Positions 9,167 through 17,336 of a DNA stretch of 64,000 nt are shown here, one piece after another. The translations under genes and the position numbers were made by a program. Below the pieces are notes generated by a model that ran no database searches, was not told the DNA's origin, and saw nothing but the letters and a program-made list of their open reading frames with translations. The DNA lies in the IMG/VR virus record IMGVR_UViG_3300025913_000020. One strand, 5' to 3'. This DNA is from a virus (lineage: Duplodnaviria; Heunggongvirae; Uroviricota; Caudoviricetes). Each line of letters begins with the position of its first letter. The stretch's first letter is position 1.

Positions 9167-9626
9167 CGTGAAAGTTTTTGGTGGTTCCGGTATCACCGTG
9201 GACCTGTACCAGTTCATCCGCGAGCTGCTGCCCCCAGGCAAAACCATCCTGGAACTCGGCAGCGGGGACGTGAGCACGCGCTACCTCAGCGAAGTTTACA
9301 AAGTATTCTCCGTGGAGGATAAGCCGGAGTGGCTGAACAAGCACAAGGCCACCTACATCCACGCGCCGCTCGTTAAGGGCTGGTACGACGTGGATGTGCT
9401 GAATGTGGCCATGCCCAAGGATTACGATCTCATCTTGGTGGACGGTCCGACCGGTGAGGGCAATCGGATCGGCTTCTTTCATCATCTGGAGATTTTCAAT
9501 ACCAAGGTCCCAATTATTTTCGACGACACGAACCGGACCGGCGAATGGTACCTGGCCCAGAGTGTGGCCGCCTTCCTGGGACGCCCGGCTGTATTTCATT
9601 CCACGTTTGCAATCTTAATGCCCTGA
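9159..9626 (+). CDS. class I SAM-dependent methyltransferase
   Basis: 155 aa; motif I ILELGSGDVSTRYL and post-I acidic DYDLILVDG. Confidence 0.6.
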   Translation: MSDVKVFGGSGITVDLYQFIRELLPPGKTILELGSGDVSTRYLSEVYKVFSVEDKPEWLNKHKATYIHAPLVKGWYDVDVLNVAMPKDYDLILVDGPTGEGNRIGFFHHLEIFNTKVPIIFDDTNRTGEWYLAQSVAAFLGRPAVFHSTFAILMP

Positions 9627-9646
9627 CCTATGCCCTGACCTATGCC
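9618..9646 (+). repeat. 2.4 x tandem 12-mer ATGCCCTGACCT spanning stop of 9159..9626 and start of 9642..9914
   Basis: each unit reads ATG-CCC-TGA (Met-Pro-stop); first unit ends the methyltransferase, third ATG starts next gene. Confidence 0.7.
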
Positions 9647-9914
9647 AAGAAAAACTAACCTACCAAAACGATCCACACATAGCCGCGTTGAAGAAGCCAG
9701 AGAACTTCTTTTAAGAGCACGGGCAGCCGTGCTCTTGTTAAACAGTGATGCTGTTCGTGACGCGCAGAACAAGCGCCGGTCTGCCATCTCCAGGACTCAC
9801 GCTGGCCGCCGATTCAGGATGACTGGCTCCATCTGCTCCACCATCGAATCGCTGCGCGAACTCCTCTGGGAGATGCCCGGTGTGGATTACAAGCAGACCT
9901 ACCGGAAGAAATGA
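9642..9914 (+). CDS. hypothetical basic protein (90 aa)
   Basis: complete ORF. Confidence 0.4.
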   Translation: MPRKTNLPKRSTHSRVEEARELLLRARAAVLLLNSDAVRDAQNKRRSAISRTHAGRRFRMTGSICSTIESLRELLWEMPGVDYKQTYRKK

Positions 9915-10054
9915 AACCGCCGAAGCCAAAGCATCATCCTTGGCGGGGTTGGGTGCCGATCACATCCGCCAGAAGACCTAACGAGAAAGACCACGCCAAG
10001 CATTTGGCGGAGGCGAAGGAGCGCGCCAAGAAGTTCAAGCGCACTAGGGCTTGA
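9911..10054 (+). CDS. small basic protein (47 aa)
   Basis: below track cutoff; MKPPKPKHHPWRGW...; ATGA overlap with 9914. Confidence 0.25.
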   Translation: MKPPKPKHHPWRGWVPITSARRPNEKDHAKHLAEAKERAKKFKRTRA

Positions 10055-10712
10055 TCCAATAGCACGCGCCCATATCGACCGTTACCTTGATGTCCGGCAT
10101 GTTGTCGCCGAAGTAATCGCGAATCGCGTCCTGCTCACCTTTCAGCACCCAGTCATCCGACAGCACCACGCCGCCGCTCACCACTTTCGGATACAGGTAT
10201 TTCATGCAGCACTCGACCGACTCGTACAGATCGCCGTCCAGGCGCAGCATGGCGATGGGTCCGATCTCAGTCTTGGGCAGCGTGTGCTGGAACCAGCCCT
10301 CATGAAAGTGAACCTTATCAATCGGCAGATTAAGATTCATCAGGTTTGACTTCACGCCGACGACTGAGCACGAGGAAATGCCACTGCTCTTGAGGCGTTC
10401 CTCCAGGGGCAGATTCACGTCCACCACGAACTTGCCGATTCCCGGCTGATCGAGGTCCTTTGGCCCGGCATAAGGGATGCCTTGGAAGGAGTCGAACAGG
10501 TGCAGGTCGCGCATGTCGCCCTGGTCGAGCATGGCCGTCATCATGGACGCTGCGCTGCCGCCGTAGGCCACGCCGCACTCAACGAAGGCACCCGGCACGC
10601 TCAACGCGTGTTTGGCGAGAATGTAGGTGTGCTGGATGCCCTGATATGTGGTGAGCGCGTACCCCACCAGGTGCTGTAAGGACCTGGTATTGCCGTAATT
10701 GAATTCAACCAT
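10044..10712 (-). CDS. TylF/MycF-family (macrocin-type) sugar O-methyltransferase
   Basis: 222 aa; FVECGVAYGGSAASM glycine motif and LRLDGDLYES acidic motif characteristic of TylF-type SAM methyltransferases. Confidence 0.7.
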   Translation of the reverse strand: MVEFNYGNTRSLQHLVGYALTTYQGIQHTYILAKHALSVPGAFVECGVAYGGSAASMMTAMLDQGDMRDLHLFDSFQGIPYAGPKDLDQPGIGKFVVDVNLPLEERLKSSGISSCSVVGVKSNLMNLNLPIDKVHFHEGWFQHTLPKTEIGPIAMLRLDGDLYESVECCMKYLYPKVVSGGVVLSDDWVLKGEQDAIRDYFGDNMPDIKVTVDMGACYWIKP

Positions 10713-10719
10713 GCCCTAT

Positions 10720-11328
10720 TTACGCGGGGACGAGCAGAGTGTCCCAGTGGCCCATGATGCCGAGGCCGACACTGGTCAGATCAAATTTGAGCGGTTTGAC
10801 TTTCAGTTTCGTCCAGAGCTTTTCGTAGTAGCTCTCGCCGTGCTCATCGAGCGTGTTGAAATCATGGAACTCCACCGTGATCTGGCCGAAGGTAATGTCC
10901 TCGGGCCAGTTCTCCAGGATCAGGAATTCAGCCAGCTCGCAATCGAGTTTGATCAGGTCCCAGTGCTTCACGCCGACCTTTTTGGAAAAGCTGGCGATGT
11001 TCATTGTGGGAACGTTTACAATTTTGGCGTCGTTCACCAGCCACGGCAGGTGGGTCAGGTAATTTCCTTCACCGGTTGAGAACATAGCGTAGTCGGCGGC
11101 TGCCCGGTCGTCGTGGACCATGGCCATCGAATGGAAAATCACTTCCGGTATGAATGGCTCGGTCACAGTCGGGTCCGGCTCGATGGCGTGAATGATAGCG
11201 TTTGGCCGAAGTTCCAGGAGAGCTTTGGTAAATCCAAAGTTGCGTGCGCCCACGTCGAGAACAAAGGGCCTTTCCGGCAGCAGGTCCATGCTGATCGTGT
11301 GCGAACTGACCGAGAGTAGCGCTTCCAT
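10720..11328 (-). CDS. FkbM-family methyltransferase
   Basis: 202 aa; VLDVGARNFGFT motif typical of FkbM methyltransferases. Confidence 0.6.
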   Translation of the reverse strand: MEALLSVSSHTISMDLLPERPFVLDVGARNFGFTKALLELRPNAIIHAIEPDPTVTEPFIPEVIFHSMAMVHDDRAAADYAMFSTGEGNYLTHLPWLVNDAKIVNVPTMNIASFSKKVGVKHWDLIKLDCELAEFLILENWPEDITFGQITVEFHDFNTLDEHGESYYEKLWTKLKVKPLKFDLTSVGLGIMGHWDTLLVPA

Positions 11329-11329
11329 A

Positions 11330-11674
11330 CTAAGACTTACTGTCGGCGTGCTCGGCGGTGCGCTGCTTGTCCGAGGCCAGCCACGCGGCTTTGGCGACCA
11401 CCCTGGTCACGCAGATGATGCTTTTAGTGAGCACACCGTTGTAGTTGGCCGGGTCCATGTGGGAATAGTTTTCTTCCCACCACAGCTCGAAATTGTAAAC
11501 GCTCTTGGTGTTGGCCAGCAGCCCGTCAGCCTGGTCGAGTCCGATCGTACGCCAGCCGCACTTTTTGCAGACCATCAGGTCGGTGGGAACTTCGAACGTG
11601 CGCCCCTTATATTCCTGGGTGACGTTCCCGTAGCTCTCCTCGAACTCCTCGTTGTCGCAGTGCAGGCAGATCAT
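11330..11674 (-). CDS. zinc-ribbon protein
   Basis: start MICLHCDNEEF...CKKCGW; ATGA overlap with 11671. Confidence 0.45.
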   Translation of the reverse strand: MICLHCDNEEFEESYGNVTQEYKGRTFEVPTDLMVCKKCGWRTIGLDQADGLLANTKSVYNFELWWEENYSHMDPANYNGVLTKSIICVTRVVAKAAWLASDKQRTAEHADSKS

Positions 11675-11868
11675 GGCTCGGTCTTGCTCCAACCCCAGTC
11701 CCAGTTGGTCACCAGGTAGTCGATGGCCGCCTTCTCGATCTGGGTTTCCACGTGATTTGCATCCGGGTGATAGAGTACGAAATGTTTGTTCTTGTAGCCG
11801 TTGGCTTCGAGCAGGTTCAGCGCGTCACTGTCGCATCTGAAGCCTTCTGGGTTTGGTCCTGTGGGCAT
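11671..11868 (-). CDS. hypothetical protein (65 aa)
   Basis: operon context. Confidence 0.4.
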   Translation of the reverse strand: MPTGPNPEGFRCDSDALNLLEANGYKNKHFVLYHPDANHVETQIEKAAIDYLVTNWDWGWSKTEP

Positions 11869-11871
11869 GGC

Positions 11872-12111
11872 TTAGATGGTTGCTTTTCGCTCGGCGACTT
11901 CGTTTTCCGATATAGCTGCTACGACGATTTTGTAGTGCTGCACGTCCCACGATTTGTCCTTCAGGATTCGTCTTTCGGCTTCGTTGGTGGCCCGGTCTAT
12001 CGCGCCCGCAAGGTCAGCCTGGTCGAAGATGACCTCGGGGTCGCCGTCGATAGTGTGCTGCTTCGACCGCACCCAACGAATAAAAACATGGAATCGGATT
12101 GCGGGCTGCAT
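11872..12111 (-). CDS. hypothetical protein (79 aa)
   Basis: operon context. Confidence 0.4.
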   Translation of the reverse strand: MQPAIRFHVFIRWVRSKQHTIDGDPEVIFDQADLAGAIDRATNEAERRILKDKSWDVQHYKIVVAAISENEVAERKATI

Positions 12112-12112
12112 G

Positions 12113-12763
12113 TCAGGACCTTTTGACCGTTTTGCGCACTTCCGGTTTGATCTTGCCGAGGCGCTTTTTCAGCTTCATTGCCGAGTCTTCCTCCACCATT
12201 GCTTCAGCGATCCGGCGCGCTTGATCTTCCGCACCCAGTTCCTTTGCCACGCGCAGAATGTCCGGCTGAAGCCGGGCGGCGATGCGCTGCATGTTGTCCT
12301 GGCTGTGCGCGATACTGTGGAGCAGGTCCAGGGAACGATAGGTAAACAGGCGCGCTTCGCGGGCGTAATCGAGACCACGTTGATTACACATCCAGTGGAC
12401 GACATCCAGGAAGTCGGAGTCGTTGGGCGCGTCCACGTCGAATGCCTTCATGTGCTTCACGGCCTGGTAGGCGTAAGCGTGCGCGAGGGAGCCGGTGCCA
12501 CGCAGCTCGATTTTTACCTTGCTGATGCCCGAAGCGGACTTGAAATACTTTTCGATCTGCTTGTCCGTGGCCGTGGCCTGAGCGGAGATTTCAAATCGTG
12601 ACGCAGTGAGATCGGTGTAGCGGGCATAATAGAGATGTTCCACATGGAACTTTATCTCGAAGGATTCCGTCCATCCTTTTGCGATGGCGCGTCTGCCTTG
12701 TTCGTTCAGCTTCGGCGAGAGATTGCAGATGATTTTAACCCAACGTTTTTTTGATTCGCTCAT
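12113..12763 (-). CDS. hypothetical protein (216 aa)
   Basis: start at MSESKKRW; helical composition. Confidence 0.45.
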   Translation of the reverse strand: MSESKKRWVKIICNLSPKLNEQGRRAIAKGWTESFEIKFHVEHLYYARYTDLTASRFEISAQATATDKQIEKYFKSASGISKVKIELRGTGSLAHAYAYQAVKHMKAFDVDAPNDSDFLDVVHWMCNQRGLDYAREARLFTYRSLDLLHSIAHSQDNMQRIAARLQPDILRVAKELGAEDQARRIAEAMVEEDSAMKLKKRLGKIKPEVRKTVKRS

Positions 12764-13229
12764 AGATTTTGGTGGTTGAGAGTCCCTGTACATTTTGCAA
12801 AAGCGCGATCTCGCATTTGGCGCGCCGGGCAGCTTGGACCTCTTTCTTGTCCAGCGTCTCCAGTGTATAATCTCCGCCCTTGAACCAAACGTCCGGCTTG
12901 AATTCGGTGATCCATTTGGTGATGCGTGACTCGTTAAAGATGAAAACCATGCTCACCATTTCCAGAGCGGCAACTACTGTGGCGCGCTGGATGTCCGGGT
13001 TGATAGGGCGGCCTGGACCCTTTAGGCGTTTTACCGACGTGTCACTATTCAGCAGTACGATCAGGTGTGAGCACTTCGAACGGGCGTGAGTCAGGTAGTG
13101 GATGTGACCGGCGTGAAGAATATCGAAGCATCCGTTTGTGACGCCGATCCTGCCAGACCGGTGCAGCTTTATCCATTCCTTGGCCTCTTTCAGGGTGCCG
13201 ATGATCTTGTGCGCGCCGTCGTAACTCAT
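12735..13229 (-). CDS. cytidylyltransferase-fold nucleotidyltransferase, RfaE/HldE domain-II-like (sugar-phosphate adenylyl/cytidylyltransferase)
   Basis: IGVTNGCFDILHAGHIHYL = (T/H)xGH nucleotidyltransferase motif as in HldE C-domain; LLNSDTSVKRLKGPGRPINP matches RfaE-II. Confidence 0.7.
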   Translation of the reverse strand: MSYDGAHKIIGTLKEAKEWIKLHRSGRIGVTNGCFDILHAGHIHYLTHARSKCSHLIVLLNSDTSVKRLKGPGRPINPDIQRATVVAALEMVSMVFIFNESRITKWITEFKPDVWFKGGDYTLETLDKKEVQAARRAKCEIALLQNVQGLSTTKIYERIKKTLG

Positions 13230-13235
13230 GACCAG

Positions 13236-13254
13236 ATTTTGTTTACAATTTCTG
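13236..13254 (-). promoter_or_regulatory. motif copy ATTTTGTTTACAATTTCTG 8 nt upstream of ATG 13229
   Basis: between stop of 13261..14061 and start of 12735..13229. Confidence 0.45.
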
Positions 13255-13260
13255 TTACCG

Positions 13261-14061
13261 TCAATCTTTTCCTTCGATGATGCGCTGAAGCTCCTGCTGG
13301 CCGCTGTGGGAATCCAAGCAGCCGTTGTAGTAAGGTCCGTTCACGAAACCGATTTCATCGTGCGTGATTCCCGCCTGCTCGGTGGTTGCTTCGTACCAGT
13401 TTCCCAGAAGTTCCTTGCGGTAGGTGACGCAAAGCCGGGCGACTGCTTCACGTGCTTTGTAAAGTTTGATGGCGAGCGGGCGGCGGGTGGCAGCGGCAGC
13501 GTTTTCCCATCCTTTGACGATCTCAGGTTTAACTTCAGACCACTGGGGCAGCGGCGCGCCGCTGATGGCTGACTTCCAGCCAGTGGTTTCACAGTAGGCT
13601 TCGTAGGCGAGTTGTCCGGGCGTTTTTTCCATAATTTTATCGGGTTGGGTTTTACTTTCTTCTTTTAATATCTTGCGGGCTTCGGTTTCCCCGGACGCTG
13701 TCAGTGCCACACGTTGAGGATTGCCGTTGATGAAATGCCGTGATACTTCGATAAGACCGCGTCGTCGTAGCGCCTTCAGGGTGTTCATCTGAGCCACGAA
13801 GGTAGGACTCTGGCCCTCGGCCTCATCTGGATGGACAAAGCATGGGTTGTTGTACTGCGTTTTTAGCCAGGAATGTTGCACCAGCACACCACCGCAAAGG
13901 TGCATTTTGATTAACGCGGCGTCCATCAGTTCAGAGGTAGCGTCCCCGAGCATGGTCGGCACCGTTTCCTTTTTCTTGAATGTTCTGGAGCTGCTTTGCA
14001 GGACTGCTTTTTTATCAGCTTCGAATTCGGCTTTTATTTTGGATTGGAAGTCAGTTTTCAT
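13261..14061 (-). CDS. hypothetical protein (266 aa)
   Basis: complete ORF; no motif recognised. Confidence 0.5.
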   Translation of the reverse strand: MKTDFQSKIKAEFEADKKAVLQSSSRTFKKKETVPTMLGDATSELMDAALIKMHLCGGVLVQHSWLKTQYNNPCFVHPDEAEGQSPTFVAQMNTLKALRRRGLIEVSRHFINGNPQRVALTASGETEARKILKEESKTQPDKIMEKTPGQLAYEAYCETTGWKSAISGAPLPQWSEVKPEIVKGWENAAAATRRPLAIKLYKAREAVARLCVTYRKELLGNWYEATTEQAGITHDEIGFVNGPYYNGCLDSHSGQQELQRIIEGKD

Positions 14062-14888
14062 TCACCTGAATGAGTGGTATTGACTGCGGTTAATCGTTTG
14101 GCTTCTTCGATGTAGCTTTCGTCGATGTCGAACCCGATCACCTGGGCGACACCGAGATTCTTTGCGCCGATGGCGGTGTTGCCGATCCCCATGAATGGAT
14201 CAAGCACGGTGATGAACTCTGGTTCGAAAGTGCCGCCCACAGTGAGCCGGATGGCGTATTCTGCCAGTTTGGCAGGAAAAGTGGCAGGATGCGGTCGCTG
14301 AGCATTCCGGCTCTGGATCGTCTCGTAGGGGATGAACCAGACGTTGCCCCGGCAGCGCTTATCCTTGCCGCTCGTATGGCCCCACCGCTTCACGTTGCTC
14401 TTGTCCGCGTAAGGAACACCGAGAGCCAGGCGGTCGATGGGCGTGCTTCCTTCCAGCGTCAGATGGAACACGAACTCGTGGTAGTCGTTCAGAAAGCGAT
14501 TGGAGTTAATGGGCTTGAAGTGGCCCTTCGAAAGGACTGACCCGTCGTCCTGGTCAAGACTGATGCTCTTAATCCAGTGAATTGTGTTTTGCAGGACGAA
14601 CAGCTCGGCAGCCACCAGAAGCGCCTTGTGCGGCAGGAGCGGCATTCGCGGGCAACCTCCCAGGTTCAGGAACAGCGATCCGTTGGGCTTCAGCACCCGT
14701 TTGACTTCGGTCAGCCATTTCTTCGTGAAATCGAGATAAACTGCCTCTTTCTGATGATCGTTGTACTTGTGATATTTGATGCCCAGGTTGTAGGGTGGCG
14801 AGGTCACGCACACGTCCACCGAGGCCGGAGCGATGCGCTGCGCCATGCCCTGGATGCAGTCTTCAGCAAAGAGTAAAACTTCAGTCAT
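14058..14888 (-). CDS. DNA methyltransferase, beta-class N4-cytosine/N6-adenine type
   Basis: DVCVTSPPYNLG (motif IV SPPY) near N-terminus and VLDPFMGIGNTAIGA (motif I) near C-terminus, the order typical of beta-class amino-MTases. Confidence 0.75.
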   Translation of the reverse strand: MTEVLLFAEDCIQGMAQRIAPASVDVCVTSPPYNLGIKYHKYNDHQKEAVYLDFTKKWLTEVKRVLKPNGSLFLNLGGCPRMPLLPHKALLVAAELFVLQNTIHWIKSISLDQDDGSVLSKGHFKPINSNRFLNDYHEFVFHLTLEGSTPIDRLALGVPYADKSNVKRWGHTSGKDKRCRGNVWFIPYETIQSRNAQRPHPATFPAKLAEYAIRLTVGGTFEPEFITVLDPFMGIGNTAIGAKNLGVAQVIGFDIDESYIEEAKRLTAVNTTHSGE

Positions 14889-14893
14889 CGGGA

Positions 14894-15418
14894 ATGAGAA
14901 CAGATTTTGTTCTGAGCTTCATGGACCTCAACGAAGAATTAGGCACCATCGAAGAAGACCCTTTGGAAGGGCCGACCAAGATCAAACACTATCCGTGCCT
15001 GATCCCTGATCCAGAGCATCCTGCGCTGGCCGTTGACTCGCGCACGATCCGTGTCTGGTGCGAGCTGGATGAAGATTTCTACGCCGTCCTGCTTTCACCG
15101 ATCACGCATCTGGTCCATGAAGTCGCGGCGTCGCTTGATGGTTATGACATCGACGGCTTCCTCGACAGCTACAGTCACTACTATCACCCAGAGTGGCGCG
15201 CCACGCGGGCGATGCAGATGGGCCTGGCCTACCGTCAGCCGTTTTACGTTGAGCTATATGCGCGTCACTACGTGTCGCACACGCCGGATGGCACTGAATA
15301 CGATTGTGACACCAGCTACGAAATCCTTCACGTCAAGGCCCTTCCTCCGAATGAGGTTGCGGCGCGCTGGCAAGAGTGGCTAAGCCGTGGTGGTGATTTT
15401 GGTTCTGTTGAGAAATGA
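14894..15418 (+). CDS. hypothetical protein (174 aa)
   Basis: start at internal MRTDFVLSF; only 5 nt from divergent start 14888. Confidence 0.45.
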   Translation: MRTDFVLSFMDLNEELGTIEEDPLEGPTKIKHYPCLIPDPEHPALAVDSRTIRVWCELDEDFYAVLLSPITHLVHEVAASLDGYDIDGFLDSYSHYYHPEWRATRAMQMGLAYRQPFYVELYARHYVSHTPDGTEYDCDTSYEILHVKALPPNEVAARWQEWLSRGGDFGSVEK

Positions 15419-15834
15419 GCACTTTAGGCCCAGGCTTTTTTCCGTTTGGCCCCTGTATCAATGGTGAGTTTCCCTCCATTCCTGATGCGAACGATTCGTG
15501 GGCATTGGTGGAACTTTACCGATGGCAGTACGGCGTGCTGCCGGGCGACCGAAACGATAAGCCAGAAGGCCGACCATTGGACATTCCTGAAGCGATGGAG
15601 AAAATGGCAAAGGCACTGACTGCGAAAGATGGTGAGGAGATGCCTACCCCGATGAATGTCGCGTCTGTGCTGATGTTTGCCGCAAAACTGGTCAAGCAGC
15701 AGAAGGAAACGTACGATCGCGCCATCGACGCCGCCATATTCGCTGCCAAGGATGCTCTGGCTGATCCGCCCACTCACCAGCAGGATCAGTTGTTAGATAG
15801 CATTCTTGAACGATTACAGGACTTGAAAAAGTAA
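15415..15834 (+). CDS. hypothetical protein (139 aa)
   Basis: ATGA overlap. Confidence 0.45.
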   Translation: MSTLGPGFFPFGPCINGEFPSIPDANDSWALVELYRWQYGVLPGDRNDKPEGRPLDIPEAMEKMAKALTAKDGEEMPTPMNVASVLMFAAKLVKQQKETYDRAIDAAIFAAKDALADPPTHQQDQLLDSILERLQDLKK

Positions 15835-15840
15835 AGCGCT

Positions 15841-16119
15841 ATGGCCTCAATGGGTGAATACATCACAGCGGCCAAGACGCCGGAAAAGAAAGCCCGGCTG
15901 AAGGCCCAGTGGTATCAGGCGGTTCACGATCACGTGATCACTTGCTGCTGCGGTCAGTTGCGCGCCCTGGAGCTGGCCTACCGCTGCCTCTATTGCGGTG
16001 AATGGTATTGTTACAACTGCGCCCAGGTGCATTTCGGCATGACCGTAGCCGACTGGCGCGCCCAAAAGAATGAAGACCACGATGACCACCGAGGAGGCAA
16101 AAAGGGACCTTGTAGTTGA
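15841..16119 (+). CDS. Cys-rich zinc-binding protein
   Basis: CCCGQ...CLYCGEWYCYNC cluster. Confidence 0.45.
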   Translation: MASMGEYITAAKTPEKKARLKAQWYQAVHDHVITCCCGQLRALELAYRCLYCGEWYCYNCAQVHFGMTVADWRAQKNEDHDDHRGGKKGPCS

Positions 16120-16300
16120 GCGGGAGATTCTGCGCCAGCTTGGGAAACTCAACCGATCCGATCCTGCCGTTTATACCCGCGTCACTTTCCAACTGGCTCG
16201 GATTCAGGAACTCGAACAGTTCGTCATCACGACGGCGATTGAGGAGGAGTCTCGCCATCGGACGGCGAAGCTACTTCGTCCTCTCCCAGGTCAACCGTGA
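16070..16300 (+). CDS. hypothetical protein
   Basis: overlaps neighbours; weak. Confidence 0.3.
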   Translation: MKTTMTTEEAKRDLVVEREILRQLGKLNRSDPAVYTRVTFQLARIQELEQFVITTAIEEESRHRTAKLLRPLPGQP

Positions 16301-16481
16301 CTGCTGACCCTGGCGGTATCGCACCGTTCGCGTAATCCTGAATGTGGCGGCGTGCCATGTCCTGCACGATGTCCTGGCAAAAGCGGGCATTACCATTCTT
16401 GTCGATGCCGCACTCACAAATCTCACCAGGGCCGGTGATGATGTGGATGCCGCCGTCTTTTACGATGACTGTCGGACTCAT
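16227..16481 (-). CDS. hypothetical protein (84 aa)
   Basis: CECG motif; weak. Confidence 0.35.
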   Translation of the reverse strand: MSPTVIVKDGGIHIITGPGEICECGIDKNGNARFCQDIVQDMARRHIQDYANGAIPPGSAVTVDLGEDEVASPSDGETPPQSPS

Positions 16482-16484
16482 GTT

Positions 16485-16766
16485 TTAACTACTTGCTCCA
16501 GGGCGCAGTTCTCTGCCGTCCCAGTTTTCCAGCTTCAGCCAGACGTGCCAGCCGCACCCGATCTTAGCGTCTGCCGGGCTGGCGTCCAGAAAGGACTCAG
16601 TCACCAAGCCATCCGGGTGAATGTAGTGGTTCGAGATGTCGCAGTACCTGCCGCAGACGCAGCGGATCAATGGTCGGAGCGGGCGCTGATCCTTGGAGTC
16701 AACGATGGGCATCCAGCACGGGATTTGATCCTTTTCGGAGTCGTACTTTGGAATGACGGTCAGCAT
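16485..16766 (-). CDS. hypothetical protein (93 aa)
   Basis: operon context. Confidence 0.4.
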   Translation of the reverse strand: MLTVIPKYDSEKDQIPCWMPIVDSKDQRPLRPLIRCVCGRYCDISNHYIHPDGLVTESFLDASPADAKIGCGWHVWLKLENWDGRELRPGASS

Positions 16767-17038
16767 TGAATGATTTCTCCGTTGAGGATTCTAAAGTGGT
16801 AGGGGCACCGATCCGGTACCGGCGTTTTATCGTTCCAGCAGTGAAGGACGCTCGGCTCCATCGTGAGCGTGTTGAAGTCCTCGGAAGTGATCTTCCACCG
16901 ACCGGGAGGAGCCTGTCCGTAAGTGACGGTGACTGGCGCGCCGACGTGGTGCTTTCCGCAGGTCGGGCAGCGCAGGATCAGCATCATGCCTTTTTCGTCA
17001 TGATGGACAAAGCCAGGATCGAGATCAACAAGGCGCAT
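16760..17038 (-). CDS. zinc-ribbon protein (CPTCGKHH...CPYH)
   Basis: 92 aa. Confidence 0.45.
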   Translation of the reverse strand: MRLVDLDPGFVHHDEKGMMLILRCPTCGKHHVGAPVTVTYGQAPPGRWKITSEDFNTLTMEPSVLHCWNDKTPVPDRCPYHFRILNGEIIQC

Positions 17039-17328
17039 TATTCCAGTCCGACAGTGAACTCGACGCTGTAGTTGCGGCGTTCAATGTCCTGTTCTGTGTG
17101 CGGTTTCAACTCACCGTCCTTTTTCTCGATGGTCACACGGGCCGCGCCATCGCCATCCACGAAAATTCCAGCCTGGCCACTGTGGCCGGAGCGCGTGCTG
17201 TTGATCCAGGAGAACAGTTCCTCGATTTTGTCCAGGTGCTCGGGCCGGGCACTAATGGTGTACGTGCGCGTTTCCTTCTGGGATTTGTCCTCTCCGATGA
17301 TCGCTTCAATGATTGGGCTTGCACTCAT
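17038..17328 (-). CDS. hypothetical protein (96 aa)
   Basis: operon context. Confidence 0.45.
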   Translation of the reverse strand: MSASPIIEAIIGEDKSQKETRTYTISARPEHLDKIEELFSWINSTRSGHSGQAGIFVDGDGAARVTIEKKDGELKPHTEQDIERRNYSVEFTVGLE

Positions 17329-17336
17329 TTGTTTGG

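Noticed and set aside
9600-9660. CRISPR array, or tRNA / tmRNA genes anywhere in the window
   Set aside because: The only tandem repeat is the 2.4-copy 12-mer at 9618-9646, with no spacers. The longer intergenic regions inspected (18730-18930, 46110-46275, 21486-21520) show no cloverleaf-compatible GTTCRA T-loop or anticodon stem.
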